NCBI GenBank assembly: GCA_051294375.1
Contig: CM119266.1
Span: forward strand, 22,854,638 to 22,918,637
From: Paraspadella gotoi
Taxonomy: Eukaryota; Animalia; Chaetognatha
Length of the DNA: 64,000 nt
Direction: 5' to 3'
Shown here: positions 13,752 to 25,691 of the stretch, piece by piece
Layout: each line of letters opens with the position of its first letter
Numbering within the stretch: position 1 is the first letter of the stretch
Translations under genes and position numbers: made by a program
The notes under the pieces: model-generated
Databases searched by the model: none
What the model saw: the letters and a program-made list of their open reading frames with translations, nothing else
Told to the model about the DNA's origin: nothing

Positions 13752-15235
13752 GAAGGGAGGCTCGATCCTATTCTTTTAAGATTTTTTTATTCTCTCTTTG
13801 CCTCTCTTCTCTCTCTCTCTTTTCTCTCTCTTTCTCTCTTTCTTTTCTCTTATGATTATCCAAAACGCAGAGGCTTAAAGTTTCGAATCTCTTCTCTCTC
13901 TCTCTCTCTCTCCTCTCTCTTTTTTTTTTTTTTTTTTTCTCTCCTCTCTCTTTCTCTCCTTCTCTTTCTCTCTCTCTCTCTTCTCTCATCTCTCTTCTCT
14001 CTCTCTCTTCTCTCTGCTCTTCTGATTAGTCCAAAAACGGAGCAGCGGCTCGATTTGAGTTACGCATCTCTTATTCTCTCTCTCTCTCTTTCTCCTCTCT
14101 CTCTATCTCTCTCTCTCTCTTCTTTTTCTCTCTCTCTTTTTCTCTCTCTCTCTTTCGTCGTCCTTTCCGCAACTTCTTAGTTAATTTATATAGAGAAAAT
14201 AAAAATTTCGGATTACATTAAATTGTCTACTTGCAAGTCAGATCTCTTTTCTTTAAAACGAAAAACAGCAAAAAACCGCAAACAGAGGGGTTTATGTCCT
14301 CAGACACCACCCCAGGCCATTGAATGCCTTTGAAAGTTAAATTTCGATGATCCCTAAATATCCCGACAAAAACTTAAAGCTGAACTTAAGGAAAATCCTG
14401 GAGGCTCATTTCATTCTAATTCACTTGCCAACTTATGCCACTGTATTGCAACTTTCATTCGCTACAAATTAATAAAAAATAATATGTCAAAAAAAACCTT
14501 AGCGAAAGAGCTGTTGACTTGATTTATTAAAAATATATAGTTTTTTAATAAAAAATTAGTTATCTGACGTGACTATAATGTTGTTGGTAACCCCAAAAAC
14601 CAGCAATCAAGAAATTCAATTTGCACGCAAAGACTCCATGAAAATAATATTCCGTACTAAGACAAAAAACGAAATTAACGTTTTAAATAGGAAATGGCAA
14701 AGGAATTTAAAGACAAGATATTGTCAAAATCAATAGAAATCGCTATAAAGTGATGACACGTGACTTTTCCACGCGTGTGGATACCACTGTGCCCCCCCGT
14801 CCCCGCCCCCCGCCCCCAAGTTCTTTCCCCCTTTTCGGTTTTTCAATTTTTAGGAATTTCCTCTTCCTTGCGGCTTCCGGCCTCTCGCAGTGTGACGCGA
14901 GGGGGAGAAAAGAGAGAGGAAAGAGGAGGAAAGAGGACCGTGAGCGCTCCAAAAAAAAAGATAGTGAAAGTGAGAAAAAGAAAAGAAAACAAGGGTAAGA
15001 AAATGAAAATGAGTCAAAAGATAGACTGAAAGAAAAGGAGAAAATAGGGAGGAAGTGAAGGAAAAGAAACGGTTGAAAAGCCTGAAAAACGTGGATGTAA
15101 TATTTGTATTCATTAATTATTAATAACGGGGCCGAAATTTTTTATAAACTTTAAAAGTTGAAAGGATGTTTTTTCAAAATGTTAACGAAAACCGACATTA
15201 GCTTGTGAAAAGAGGTAACGCGTAGAAGGAATTAT

Positions 15236-15694
15236 ATGAAATTGGTACATGACCAATATAAAAAAATTATCCATTCATTGATAAATAAGCTATCTTTGCC
15301 CCTGGACTTTTTGGACAGCTTTGGTGCGTGTTTAAGGCCGGTCCATCACCTCTTACAAGAGATTAATGCACATAGCAGGTCCCTACAAGCTTTCAATTAA
15401 AGACTCTCTCACAGTTCTCGCTTCATTCACTCCCAGAGTACCTGGCTCCCTATCAAATGAAGTGAAAAATATTTCATAAAGAATGTTTCAATTGTATGAA
15501 AAGACCACTCCCTTAAGTATTAGATCGTGGGAAATACTTATTGTGTACTCCGCACTAGCATCAAAATACAAGGAGCTGAATTTTATGAATTGGGTACAAA
15601 CCAATATAAAAATCCTACTCCATTCATTTGATAAATTAAGCTAATCTTGCCCCTGACTTTGGACAGGCTTTTGGTGGTTTAAGGCCTCCATCAC
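15236..15694 (-). mobile_element. ~460 bp insertion with ~110 bp direct terminal repeats (unclassified retroelement-like family)
   Basis: ATGAAATTGGTAC...AAGGCC(T)CCATCAC occurs at 15236-~15348 and again at 15585-15694. The duplicated copy of this locus (~20795) joins the flanks directly (GGAATT..TATA|TATTAGCCTCG). Strand is inferred from the shared fixed end among copies. Confidence 0.65.
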
Positions 15695-16020
15695 ATATAT
15701 TAGCCTCGATTTAAAATTCTAGTAATACAACCACGCGTTTCTCTTCTTTATTTCCTCTTATCGCGTTTCGAGAAGCCCCTATCTCCCCTTCCCTAATTTA
15801 AAACTTCTCATTTTTTAAAGAATAATCTCCTCCTTTTTTTTTCTAATTTGGCAAGCGGCGCTTTGAAGGCGAAAAAGTAAAAGATGAGAAAAATGATGAA
15901 GAGATGAATGAGGGAAGGTAAGACGGCGGAGACAGAATGAGGAGTGGGAACTGAGGAATGAAAAGGGAACCGAGTGAAGGATGAAAGAAAAGAAAGTGAA
16001 AAGAGGAAGTGGAAGATAGA

Positions 16021-16156
16021 ATGAAGTTGGTACAAACAATATAAAAATCATCCATTCATTTAATAAATAAGCTAACTTGCCCCTGATTTTGGACAGGTTT
16101 TAGATAATGAAATAGCAGTTCCCTGCAAGCTTTCAATCGAGACTCTCTCAGTCTCG
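16021..16156 (-). mobile_element. Truncated, internally deleted copy of the same dispersed repeat family
   Basis: ATGAAGTTGGTACAAAC...AAGCTAACTTGCCCCTGATTTTGGACAG...ATAGCAGTTCCCTGCAAGCTTTCAATCGAGACTCTCTCAG. Re-read at ~21178-21325. Confidence 0.65.
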
Positions 16157-16486
16157 TTTATTCATGAGGTATATGAGGTAGAAGCCTCAGAAACGTTTTG
16201 CGAGGGCGAACAACTGAGCTAAACTTTAAGTTTTCAACTCTTTTCCCAACCTAACACTTTGTTTTTCAATCTCTTTCCCTTCCTCCAATCTGCATCCTCG
16301 AATCCCGCCAATCTTCCTCCGCTCCCCAACTCTTTCTTCCCTACTTCTTCTCTTCGCAAGTTTCAATTTAACTTTACCCCTTCCTCTGACAGACTCCACT
16401 ATTTTACAACACCCCGCCCATCGCCCCCAAACCTTTCCCTCATTTTGTGAGTGATCCACGAAATCGGGACGGAGACGATTTTTCAA

Positions 16487-16528
16487 CGACGACGACGATG
16501 AGGATGACGACGATGACGACGACGACGA

Positions 16529-16580
<52 letters not shown>
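16487..16580. repeat. (GAC)n trinucleotide microsatellite
   Basis: Direct reading. Also at ~17003-17039, 25659-25690, 51238-51264 and 62281-62299. Confidence 0.95.
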
Positions 16581-16581
<1 letters not shown>

Positions 16582-17007
16582 TTCGAGGCGAAATTCAGGA
16601 GTCAAAACTTCTTCGTTCGCGACGAAAAATCTTTTGCTCTGAGATTGAAACCCTCGCGATTTACGGGGACTTGTGCAGGAATTCATGTATTTAATGTAGT
16701 GTAAGTGTTTTGTCAAAAAGTATAAACTCGGGCAACTAAAAACCTTAATTTGTTAATTTTTATACAATACAGTCGGTTATCAAGTACCACGTGATTCGCG
16801 CATCGACCCACAAAAATCGCGATGAACGATGAGCTTCTTTGAATTTTACGCATGCGTCAAAAAGTCGAGCGGACAAATCGAGAAAAAAGATTTCTCGAGG
16901 GTTTTAGACTTCGACGATTAATCGAGGAAAATGGTTAAAATGGTTAAAATGGTTAAAATTTGCTTGCGTCAACCTTTTGAGTAAAGTAATGCCGGCGGAG
17001 AGGACGA

Positions 17008-17040
<33 letters not shown>

Positions 17041-17344
17041 ATAACACCCGTTTAAATAAATTTGGCTAAATGTATAGAACATGCTATGTTCGAGACCACT
17101 TTTAAACTTGATGACGATGAGCCGCGATTTTCTGAGGATTATCTGGATGGCGAATCGGGATGGGATTAGGTCAGCTGCAAGGCTGACGGACTTGGTTTGA
17201 GCGGTAATAGGTGGAGGGTGCGGGTTTTGCCCAGCGAGGGGAAAATGGGAGCAGAGAGAGATGTTTGGATCGCGGGACCTTGTTATTAAAAAGTCAAATG
17301 AGAGAGAGAGGAGCAGATTTATGATTTTGGGGAGAGGAGACGGA

Positions 17345-20300
17345 CGGGCCGGCGCCCAGTCCAAGGTGCTAACGCAGCCAACTCAGGCCATCAAACTTTT
17401 TCCCGACTTCCTCCAATCAATTGACGAGTGGGACCAAAAGCGAGAAGTGAACTTAACACCGAGCGCACTTTGAGAAGATATTATATCTTCACCAACATTC
17501 TCACAGAGATACTTAGAAAAAACGTGTTTAATTCCATGTCAACAAAAGTGCCGATACATAAATAACGATGCGCCTAGTGGCCTACCTCTTCACGTTAAAA
17601 ATCTTCTTTTCGTCCATCCTGACGGTAAGTTTGCTAAAAACATCACGAGATTACGTTCGCGCGGCAATCACGTGACAGTTATTCCACGACGACGAAATTC
17701 GAAAGTCGTCGGTGACTTTCTGTCAATTGAGAACTAGGATATTCCGCCCGTTCCTCGACCAATCGCTGGCCGGGGTCTTCGGCCTTGGATATTCGAAAGA
17801 AGGGAAAAGTAAAATTTCGCCGGAAGCCAGTAGGCGGGACACGCGAGATTATACGACCTGGGCGAAAGAAGGAGGATGAGGAAGGAAGAGAAAAAAGCAT
17901 CTCATCTCATTGCCTTTCGTCGTTTTTGTTGTTCGTTTTTATTTGGGTTTTTCGTTGAGTTATTTTTAGTAAGTTAGAGCTTTTTTTTCCCGCCAATTTT
18001 TTTTAAAAAACACCGGTGTGGCGGGGGGGGAAAAAACCCGGAAGTTGCTCCTACAAAGTGCGACGCAAAGATAGTTTTTTTTCCCTATACATGATTTACT
18101 CTTGAGTCTCGTTTTCATATTAAATATAATTTATGAAGATTATATCAATAAGGATTATCGGAGTTTCGATATCTACGATTATCAGATGTACGATGTTCTT
18201 TTAAGTGGCATAATGCAGATCTATGACTAAAGCGTTTCGCTTTATAGAATAAAAAAAGAGAGCTTTTTAAAAGATATTCTACAGACTAGTCGGTTAAGGA
18301 GATGTCTCAAAATGTAGAGGTTCTTAGAGGGGGTCTCGATGTTTAGAGTGCAGGAGGATGGTCTCAGGGAGTTTGAAGGGTGCTAGAGAGGGGTCTTCGG
18401 AGAGTTTAACGGGTGCTAGAAGGCGGAGGGGAAGGAGAATGGCAGGGAGCCAATAAAGGAATTTTCAAAGAGGTAATAAGGCTGCGAGAAAAAAGAGAGA
18501 AATGAGTGGACAATATGCTAGTATTAGGTTTGGTTCTTCTCGCGTCCTCTTCCTTTTCTCAGAATGGTCAAACCCCAAGAGTAGAAAACACGAGAAAGCC
18601 CGAAGACTCAGGTCAAACATGAAAAGCGCGGACCCAGACAGGCAGGAGAGGAATAAGGAAAGGGGCGAAAGAGAAGGAAAGGAAGAGAAAAAAAGGGAAA
18701 GCCAGAGAGGAGCAGGGGGAAGGAGGGAGAAAAGAGACGAGTCTTTTGAGACATTGAAAACGGGAGCCAAGAATCCGATTGAATAACGAAGGCAGCGACG
18801 CCAAGAACAAGAAAATCAACAGAAAAAGAAATAAGCACAAAGAACAATGAATTCTTTACTTTCTTTCATCCTCTTGTTGGTATTTCCTATTTTCTAACCC
18901 CGTTCCTTTGTTTTTTTCTTTCTTTTTACCATTTCGGTTATTTTTCTCTAGGCGGGAACAGTTGACTCTAAGAAATCGTCCAAGATGGTAAAAGTGAGAG
19001 AATGTCTAAAAGAAAAGGAGAAAAGGCACAGAGCAGAGATGAAGAGCTGAGAGAGAGAGAACGAGAGAGGAAGACTGAGAGCAAGACAGAGAGAGACGAG
19101 TGAGGAGAATGGAGTAACAGAGGGGAGAGATGGTACGAGAGAGAGATATGGATAAGATAGAATAGAGAATAACGAGAGATTGAGAGACCGAGAATCTAAG
19201 ACTTGAGGCGCGAGACGACAGAGACGAGAGATGAGGAGCAGAGAGACTGGAGATAGAGACGTGCGAGGCCGGCGAGGTGGCGAGAGCTCAGAGAAGGTAG
19301 ACAATTGTATAATTCTGAATGAAGCTGCCCATCAGTTAGTGTCTGCATGGGAAACATGACCGCGGTGCGCTATAGAGGTGCGACTGACGCCAATCCGAAT
19401 ACATCAATCAATGAAGACTAACCGATGATGGCGAGCCTGAAGCCTCTCCTGCTGCCGCCGGAGCGTTTATCTGCTGCTGATCCGTGTGCTCCGGCAGTCC
19501 AGCAGAGTGTGACGGTTGGCGTCGGGTGCATCGGCGCCAGCGCGCGATTGGACAGACGAGGAGAGAAGGAGGAGAGACGACTGTAGGAGGAGCTTGAAGC
19601 GGAGAGAGACGGGGCCCCACCCCAGCGATACGAGAATATCCAATCTTCCGAATTCTTCGTACGGTTACGATAGAAATTTTTTTTCTATCGGTGGGATTTT
19701 CTTTATTTCATGCCTCTCTCTCCTTTTGCATAATCTACTCTCTCTCTCGTGACTCTCTCTCTTCTCACTCAAACTCGCACAGCACTTAACTTACAGAAGT
19801 AAGTGTATCCAAATCTAATAATAACTTTTAAATATTAGACTATCTGATTTATCAAGAATATAAAATACCGCGTCTGATTCACCTTTGCTTTATTATGAAA
19901 TTGGTTACAGTCCAATATTAATAAAATTATTCCATTCATTAAAAAACTTAAGCACTTGCCGCTGACAGCTGGACTAGCTTGGTGGCTTTAAGGCCTCAAT
20001 CACTCTTACAAAGACTAATGACTATAGCAGGTCCCTTGCTAAGAAATCCGCTTTTACTATTATTTTTGTTTCCTCGTTACATTTCGAAAGCATTTTTCGT
20101 CTTCGTGTTTCTATTATTCTTTATTTTCCCAGTTTTCCCGATTCATCCGGTTTTCGTATCCTTCTTTTTTAGGCTGATTCTTTTTAAGAACTCTTCTTAA
20201 AACACTTCTAAACCCCCTTATTCTCATTATCGTTTCCACCATTGCCCCCTTACCCCATCTCACCCCGGCCAGCCCGCCCCCCCCGCCGGGCACGGTCCCC

Positions 20301-23110
20301 CCCCTGCCCCAAAGTTTTCTTTTCCCCTCCTTTTCGGTGGTTTCAATTTAGGAATTTCCGTTCTTCACTGCGCTGTCGTGGCCCTCTCGCAGGTCGATGT
20401 TGAACGCGAGGTGGGAGGAGAGAGGAGGAAAGAGCGAGAAAGAGGAACCGGATGCGCCTGGCAAAAAAAAAGACAACAGAACCGTGAAAAGCGAGAAAAA
20501 AAAAGGAAAAAGGGTAAGATTGAAAAGAAAAATGAAAATGATGTCACAAACGGAGAGACTGAAAAGAAAAGCCGATAGGAACCAGGAAAATAGGAGGAAG
20601 CTGGAATGGAAAAGAACGGTTGAGGGGAAAAGCCTGAAAAAAACGTGGAACTGGAACTGTACATATTTGTATTTCCGTATATTTGTAAAAATCGGGGAAA
20701 GTTAATAAATTTGAAAAGTTGAAGGATTCTTATTAAAAAGTTAACGAAAATCGACATTAGGGCCCATGCTGAAAAAGAGTACTCGAGAGGAATTTTTATA
20801 TATTAGCCTCGATTTAACAATTTCTACGTAATACACCACCGCGTTTCCTTTTCTTCTTTTATTTGCCGTCTGCGCGAATATTCCGCACGTGTCGAGAAGC
20901 CCCTATTCTCCCCTTCCCTAATTTAAAACTTCTCATTATTTTATAAAGAAAAAATAAATCATCCCTCTTTTTTTTCTAATTTGGCAAGCGGCGCTTTGAA
21001 GTGCGAAAAAGTAAAAGATCGAGAAAAATGGAGAAGAGTATGACCAATGATGGGCGAGGTTTAGACGGCCGGAGACAGAATGAGGAGTGACGACTGAGAG
21101 GACTATGAATAAGGGTAAAGAACCGACGTGAAGGATGCAAAGAGAAAGAACGTGAAAAAAGAAAGCTGGAAGATAGAATGAAGTTGGTACAAAAAACAAT
21201 ATAAAATCATCCCATTCATTTAAATAAAAAGCTAACTTGCCCCCTGATTTGGGACAGGTTTTAGATATAATGAAAGGTAAGCCAGTTCCCTGCAACTTTC
21301 AATCGCAGACTTCTCTCAGTTCTCGTTATTCATGACGGACTGGTATATTATGACGAGGGTCAGATAGCGGGCTCAAGAAACGTTTTTGGCCGAGGGCGAA
21401 CAACTGACTGCTAAACTTTAATGTTTTCAAACTCTTTCTCCGCAATTGACCTAACCACTTGTGATTTTTTCCAATCTCGGTTTCATCGCTCTTCCTCCAA
21501 TCGCATGCCTACGAATCGAGGACCGCCAATACTCCTCCGCCCTCCGCCAAACTCTTTCTTTATGCCCTGAGGTCACGTAGCCTTCTCTTCGCAAGTTCAA
21601 TTTAAGCGGCTTTACCTCCGCCTTGCGCATCTGACAGGACTCCGGACATATCTTTACAACACCCGCGCCATCCGCCGCACCAAAACCTTGGATGTCCACA
21701 TCATTTTGTGCAGTGATCCACGAGGAAAGTCTGCGTGCGACTCGGAAGACGTAGGTTTGTTCTCATACTAGCGACGACGATAAGAGTGATGACGACGAGG
21801 AATGACGACAGACGAACGACGACGAGAGACCCAGAGAACCGACGAGTGGACCGGACGATTTACGAGGTAGTGGGGATAATTCTAGAGGGTTCACAAGATT
21901 CTTCGTTTCCGCGACGAAAATATCTTTTTTCTCTGAGCATGAGAGAAGCCCTCGGCGATTTACGGGACTTGTGCAGGAATTACATGTATTAATGTGCTAG
22001 TTGCTAGAGTGTTTTGGTCCAAAAAGTATAAACACTGGGCCAACCGGTAGTAAAAACTTTAACATTTGTTAATATTATTCTATACACCGAATACAGTTCG
22101 GTGATATATATCAAAGTACACACAAGTGAAAATTCGCGGGATTCGAACGCACCCACACAAAAATCGCTGACTATGAACGATGAGCTTCATCTTGGAAATT
22201 TTTACGCTACCATGCGTCTCAAAGGTGCAAGTCGAGGCGAGACAATCGAGCAATAAAGATTTTATCTCGAGGGGTGTAACTTCGCCGGAACATAATGGGC
22301 GAGGAAAATGGTTTAACCCATTCGGTGTTAAAATGTGAACGGATTAAAACCAGTGTAGCTTGCGTCACACTTGATGCTCTAAGGAGATAATGCCGGCCGG
22401 GAAGACTCTAGAATCCGATGACCCGATCGACGATCTCACGAGCGAACCCAGTCCGAGGCCTCCGACGGACGATTCGACGGACGAAACAGACAGCCAGACG
22501 ACGCACGCAAGGCAATAACACTCCGTTTTAAAATCCCTGCAAATTTTGGGCGTAAGGGATGTATAACCTCAAATGCGTATGTTCTGAGACCCACTTTTTA
22601 ACTTGATCATGGACGGATGACGATGTTCATTTTTAACGATTACAAAACATTCATTACTAAAACAAACAATGTCAACTTGTTGGATTACACCACAACTTTT
22701 TTCATTCTAACAAACAAGGAAAGAAAATTGTTGACGATAACCGTGGATTTCTCAATAGGTGGACGATCCTAACCCGTTAAGATAGTTGCTTATGCGGATG
22801 GAAAGTGAAACAACGACGAAGACGACGACGACGACGACACACGACGAATCAACGAAGCCGATGACGAATCGTGTGGACTGACAGGTGACGTCTGGACGCG
22901 AAGAGAAACCGGAATATAATACCACTAAGCGGAAGACGGAACTTCTCTCATAAGTGTCCTATTGTCGCTCGTCGTCGTACGTCGTCGTTTCCGTCTTCGT
23001 CGGTTGCGTCTCGTCGTCGGGGGTTCGTAGTCGAATGTCTCGCGTGACAGGGCGACGTCCGCCCGACAGAGAGAGCAAGGTGATGGTGGGCGCGGCGTCG
23101 GAAGACGGAG
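17345..23110 (+). other. Noisy direct duplicate of 6886-9360 + 14800-17115 + 24918-25380 (probable gap-filling artefact or second haplotype)
   Basis: Collinear matches, e.g. GGCCGGCGCCCAGT (6889/17347), CACCCCGGCCAGCCCGCCCC (9335/20261), TATTAGCCTCGATTT (15698/20801), CGATGTTCATTTT (24918/22621). The error rate rises along the copy, which ends near a gap of exactly 25 N (24893-24917). Confidence 0.85.
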
Positions 23111-25658
23111 AGAGCGAATGGAAATTCCTAGTTGTCGGTATATATAAGAAGGGTACACTTTGCGTAGCGGTAGTGGACTGAGTGGGATGTGGGTATAGTG
23201 TCCAGCATGATATGGCTATCTGTACAGCTGAAGGTTGGAAAAGTAATGAGACGACGAATTAGGCTTCAAAAAACGGTAGTGAAGATGATCTTAAGGGGCA
23301 AATGCTGACAAGAGAATATAAACAAAAATGAAGGTCAATAAGATAAGTAATAGAGATACACAGGAAGGCGGAATAGATACGACAAAAAGACATAGAGACA
23401 GCGAACATAGTATAGCTAAGGAACAAAGATAACGGGCGGACAAGGATGGAGAACTGACGGCTACAGGATTATGACGACCAAAAAGTATTGCGCAGAATAT
23501 ATAAGATATCCCGCGCAGAGAAGAACAATGACGCAGGAGGGACGATTGGAGAAAACGGAGGAATGAGCGGGCGAAATTAGAGGCGTATGAAAAAATAAAA
23601 CGAAAATATAACAAAATCAAGTAAGGTACATAGCTATCTTTAATGAAATAAAGTCTGATCAGAATTCGTGATGATAACCATTTATTTGTATAGCTCATCT
23701 TCTTTGTCGCGAAATGGCAGATTTTTGCCCAGCAAATAAGTAAAACAAAAAACAGAACGTGGCTAATTAACAACTGATAGCAAACCATTGTACGAGTACT
23801 GAAAGAAATATACTCAAAATTTATTAAGATTTTTATAAAAGAGCCATTATTTATAACGTGGCACAATAATAAATTGAAATAAAAGACCCATAAACATTTT
23901 TGGTTAATGTTTGTTTACCATCAAAAATTTTATATTCATTAATTATGTTTGTTAACTATTATTTATTTAAATAAATATTATAAAAAATAAGCCTTAAGCT
24001 GAAAAAATTAAAAATTTAAAATTTTTAATCGGCAATTTTGAATTGCGCTTAGGCAAAAGAAGTTGATATAAATGGAATAGTATAATCCATTATTTAACAA
24101 AAATTCTGTTCATTAAGTAGGCTTAAAAAATATTAAAACACTATTATTTTGCTTTAATTTTTCAATTTTTTTGGCTATAAAATTTATAGTTTTTTTATGA
24201 ATTTGCACCAATCTTAGATGACATAATTTGCATATAAAAAATATATATTTTCTTATACTCAACTCTTTTTGCAAAGAATTCCAAAAATCCATGAAAACAA
24301 TTTTTCGAAATAACCAAACGATTGAGTTTTTTAACTTAGGCCCAATTTTTACTTAGTAATTATGAATATAATCATAGTTAACTAACTTTTTATTTAAAAC
24401 ATAAAATTAGAAGAACAAAAACTTAGCCAAAATATTTAATTCTATAAACGTCTTTATTTTCTATATTTCAAAGCTCATTATAAAATTTTACTAAAACTTT
24501 TACATACCATTTTGATTTATCAATAACTTATAATGTTTTGCCCTATTTGATATAACAACTTTATATACATTTAAAAACCCTCATTTCCGACAAGAAAGAT
24601 AAAATTATACCAAAAAAAATGCTTTCATCACCCATCGAATTCTACAGACTACATTACACTAAAATAAGCTATTGATACCTCACTTGATTTGTTATATATT
24701 TTGATTATTTTCAACGCGTCTAATATGGGGGGGAGGAGAAGGGGGGTGCTCAGAGAAGAAGAGGAAGGAGAGAGGAAGAAGTAAGAGTGAACCCTGAGGC
24801 GGCAGCTAGGGTGAGGGTTTAAGGGCGCGAATAAGGGTTAAGGTGTTAATTCGGCAGGAGATAAGAAGTTTTGTCGCAGAACGAAGCTCGGCNNNNNNNN
24901 NNNNNNNNNNNNNNNNNCGATGTTCATTTTCAACGTATTCAGAAACTTTCATTATAAACAACAATGTATACTGTTGGATTCACCAAACTTTTGTTCCATT
25001 CAACAAACAAGGAAGAAAATTGTGACGATAACCGTGGATTTTCAATGGGACATCCTGAACCCGTAGATAGTTGCCTTACGATGGAAAGTAGACAACAACG
25101 ACGCAGAGCACGACGACGACGACGACACACGACGACAACGAAGCCGATGACGAATCGTGTGGACTAAGGTGACAGTCTGGAGCGAAGAGAAACCCGGAAA
25201 TAAACACTAAGCGGACGGAACTTTCTCATAGTGTCCTGGATTGTGCTCGTCGTCGTACGTTCGTCGTTCGTCTGTCGTCGTCTCGTCTCGTCGTCGGTGT
25301 ACGTAGTCGAATGTCTCGGTGTAGGCGACGTCGGTGAGCTCCGGTTTGATGCATTCGGCGGGACCGTCGGAAGCGGCGATGGCAGTGCTCGAGCGAAAGA
25401 AGGGGACTTTGGAAGGCGGCAGTGGAATGGAGGGGATGTGGAGTGTCAACAGTGGCACGACAGCGGTTGCGAACAGTGACGCGAGTGGCTTCACAAAGCC
25501 GGTCCCCGTGGATGTCTTAAGGGCTGTGACCAGAGATTCAAATGGAAGCAGTGTGTACAACCAAGGAAGGGGTGTCGGCGCTGGCAGCGACGTTGCTAGG
25601 AGTGACGGGCGAGCGGTGGCTGACCCAGTGCGTCAGATTGACGCCAAATCTCTCTCTT

Positions 25659-25691
<33 letters not shown>

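Noticed and set aside
14768-14792. TCCAC-GCGT-GTGGA hairpin at the right end of the 5.4 kb segment as a Helitron terminus
   Set aside because: The stem is short, it is followed by CTGT rather than CTRR, and there is no A|T target site.
23150-24892. AT-rich block and 191-aa ORF (23291-23866)
   Set aside because: This is the degenerating tail of a low-quality read and has no recognisable motif.
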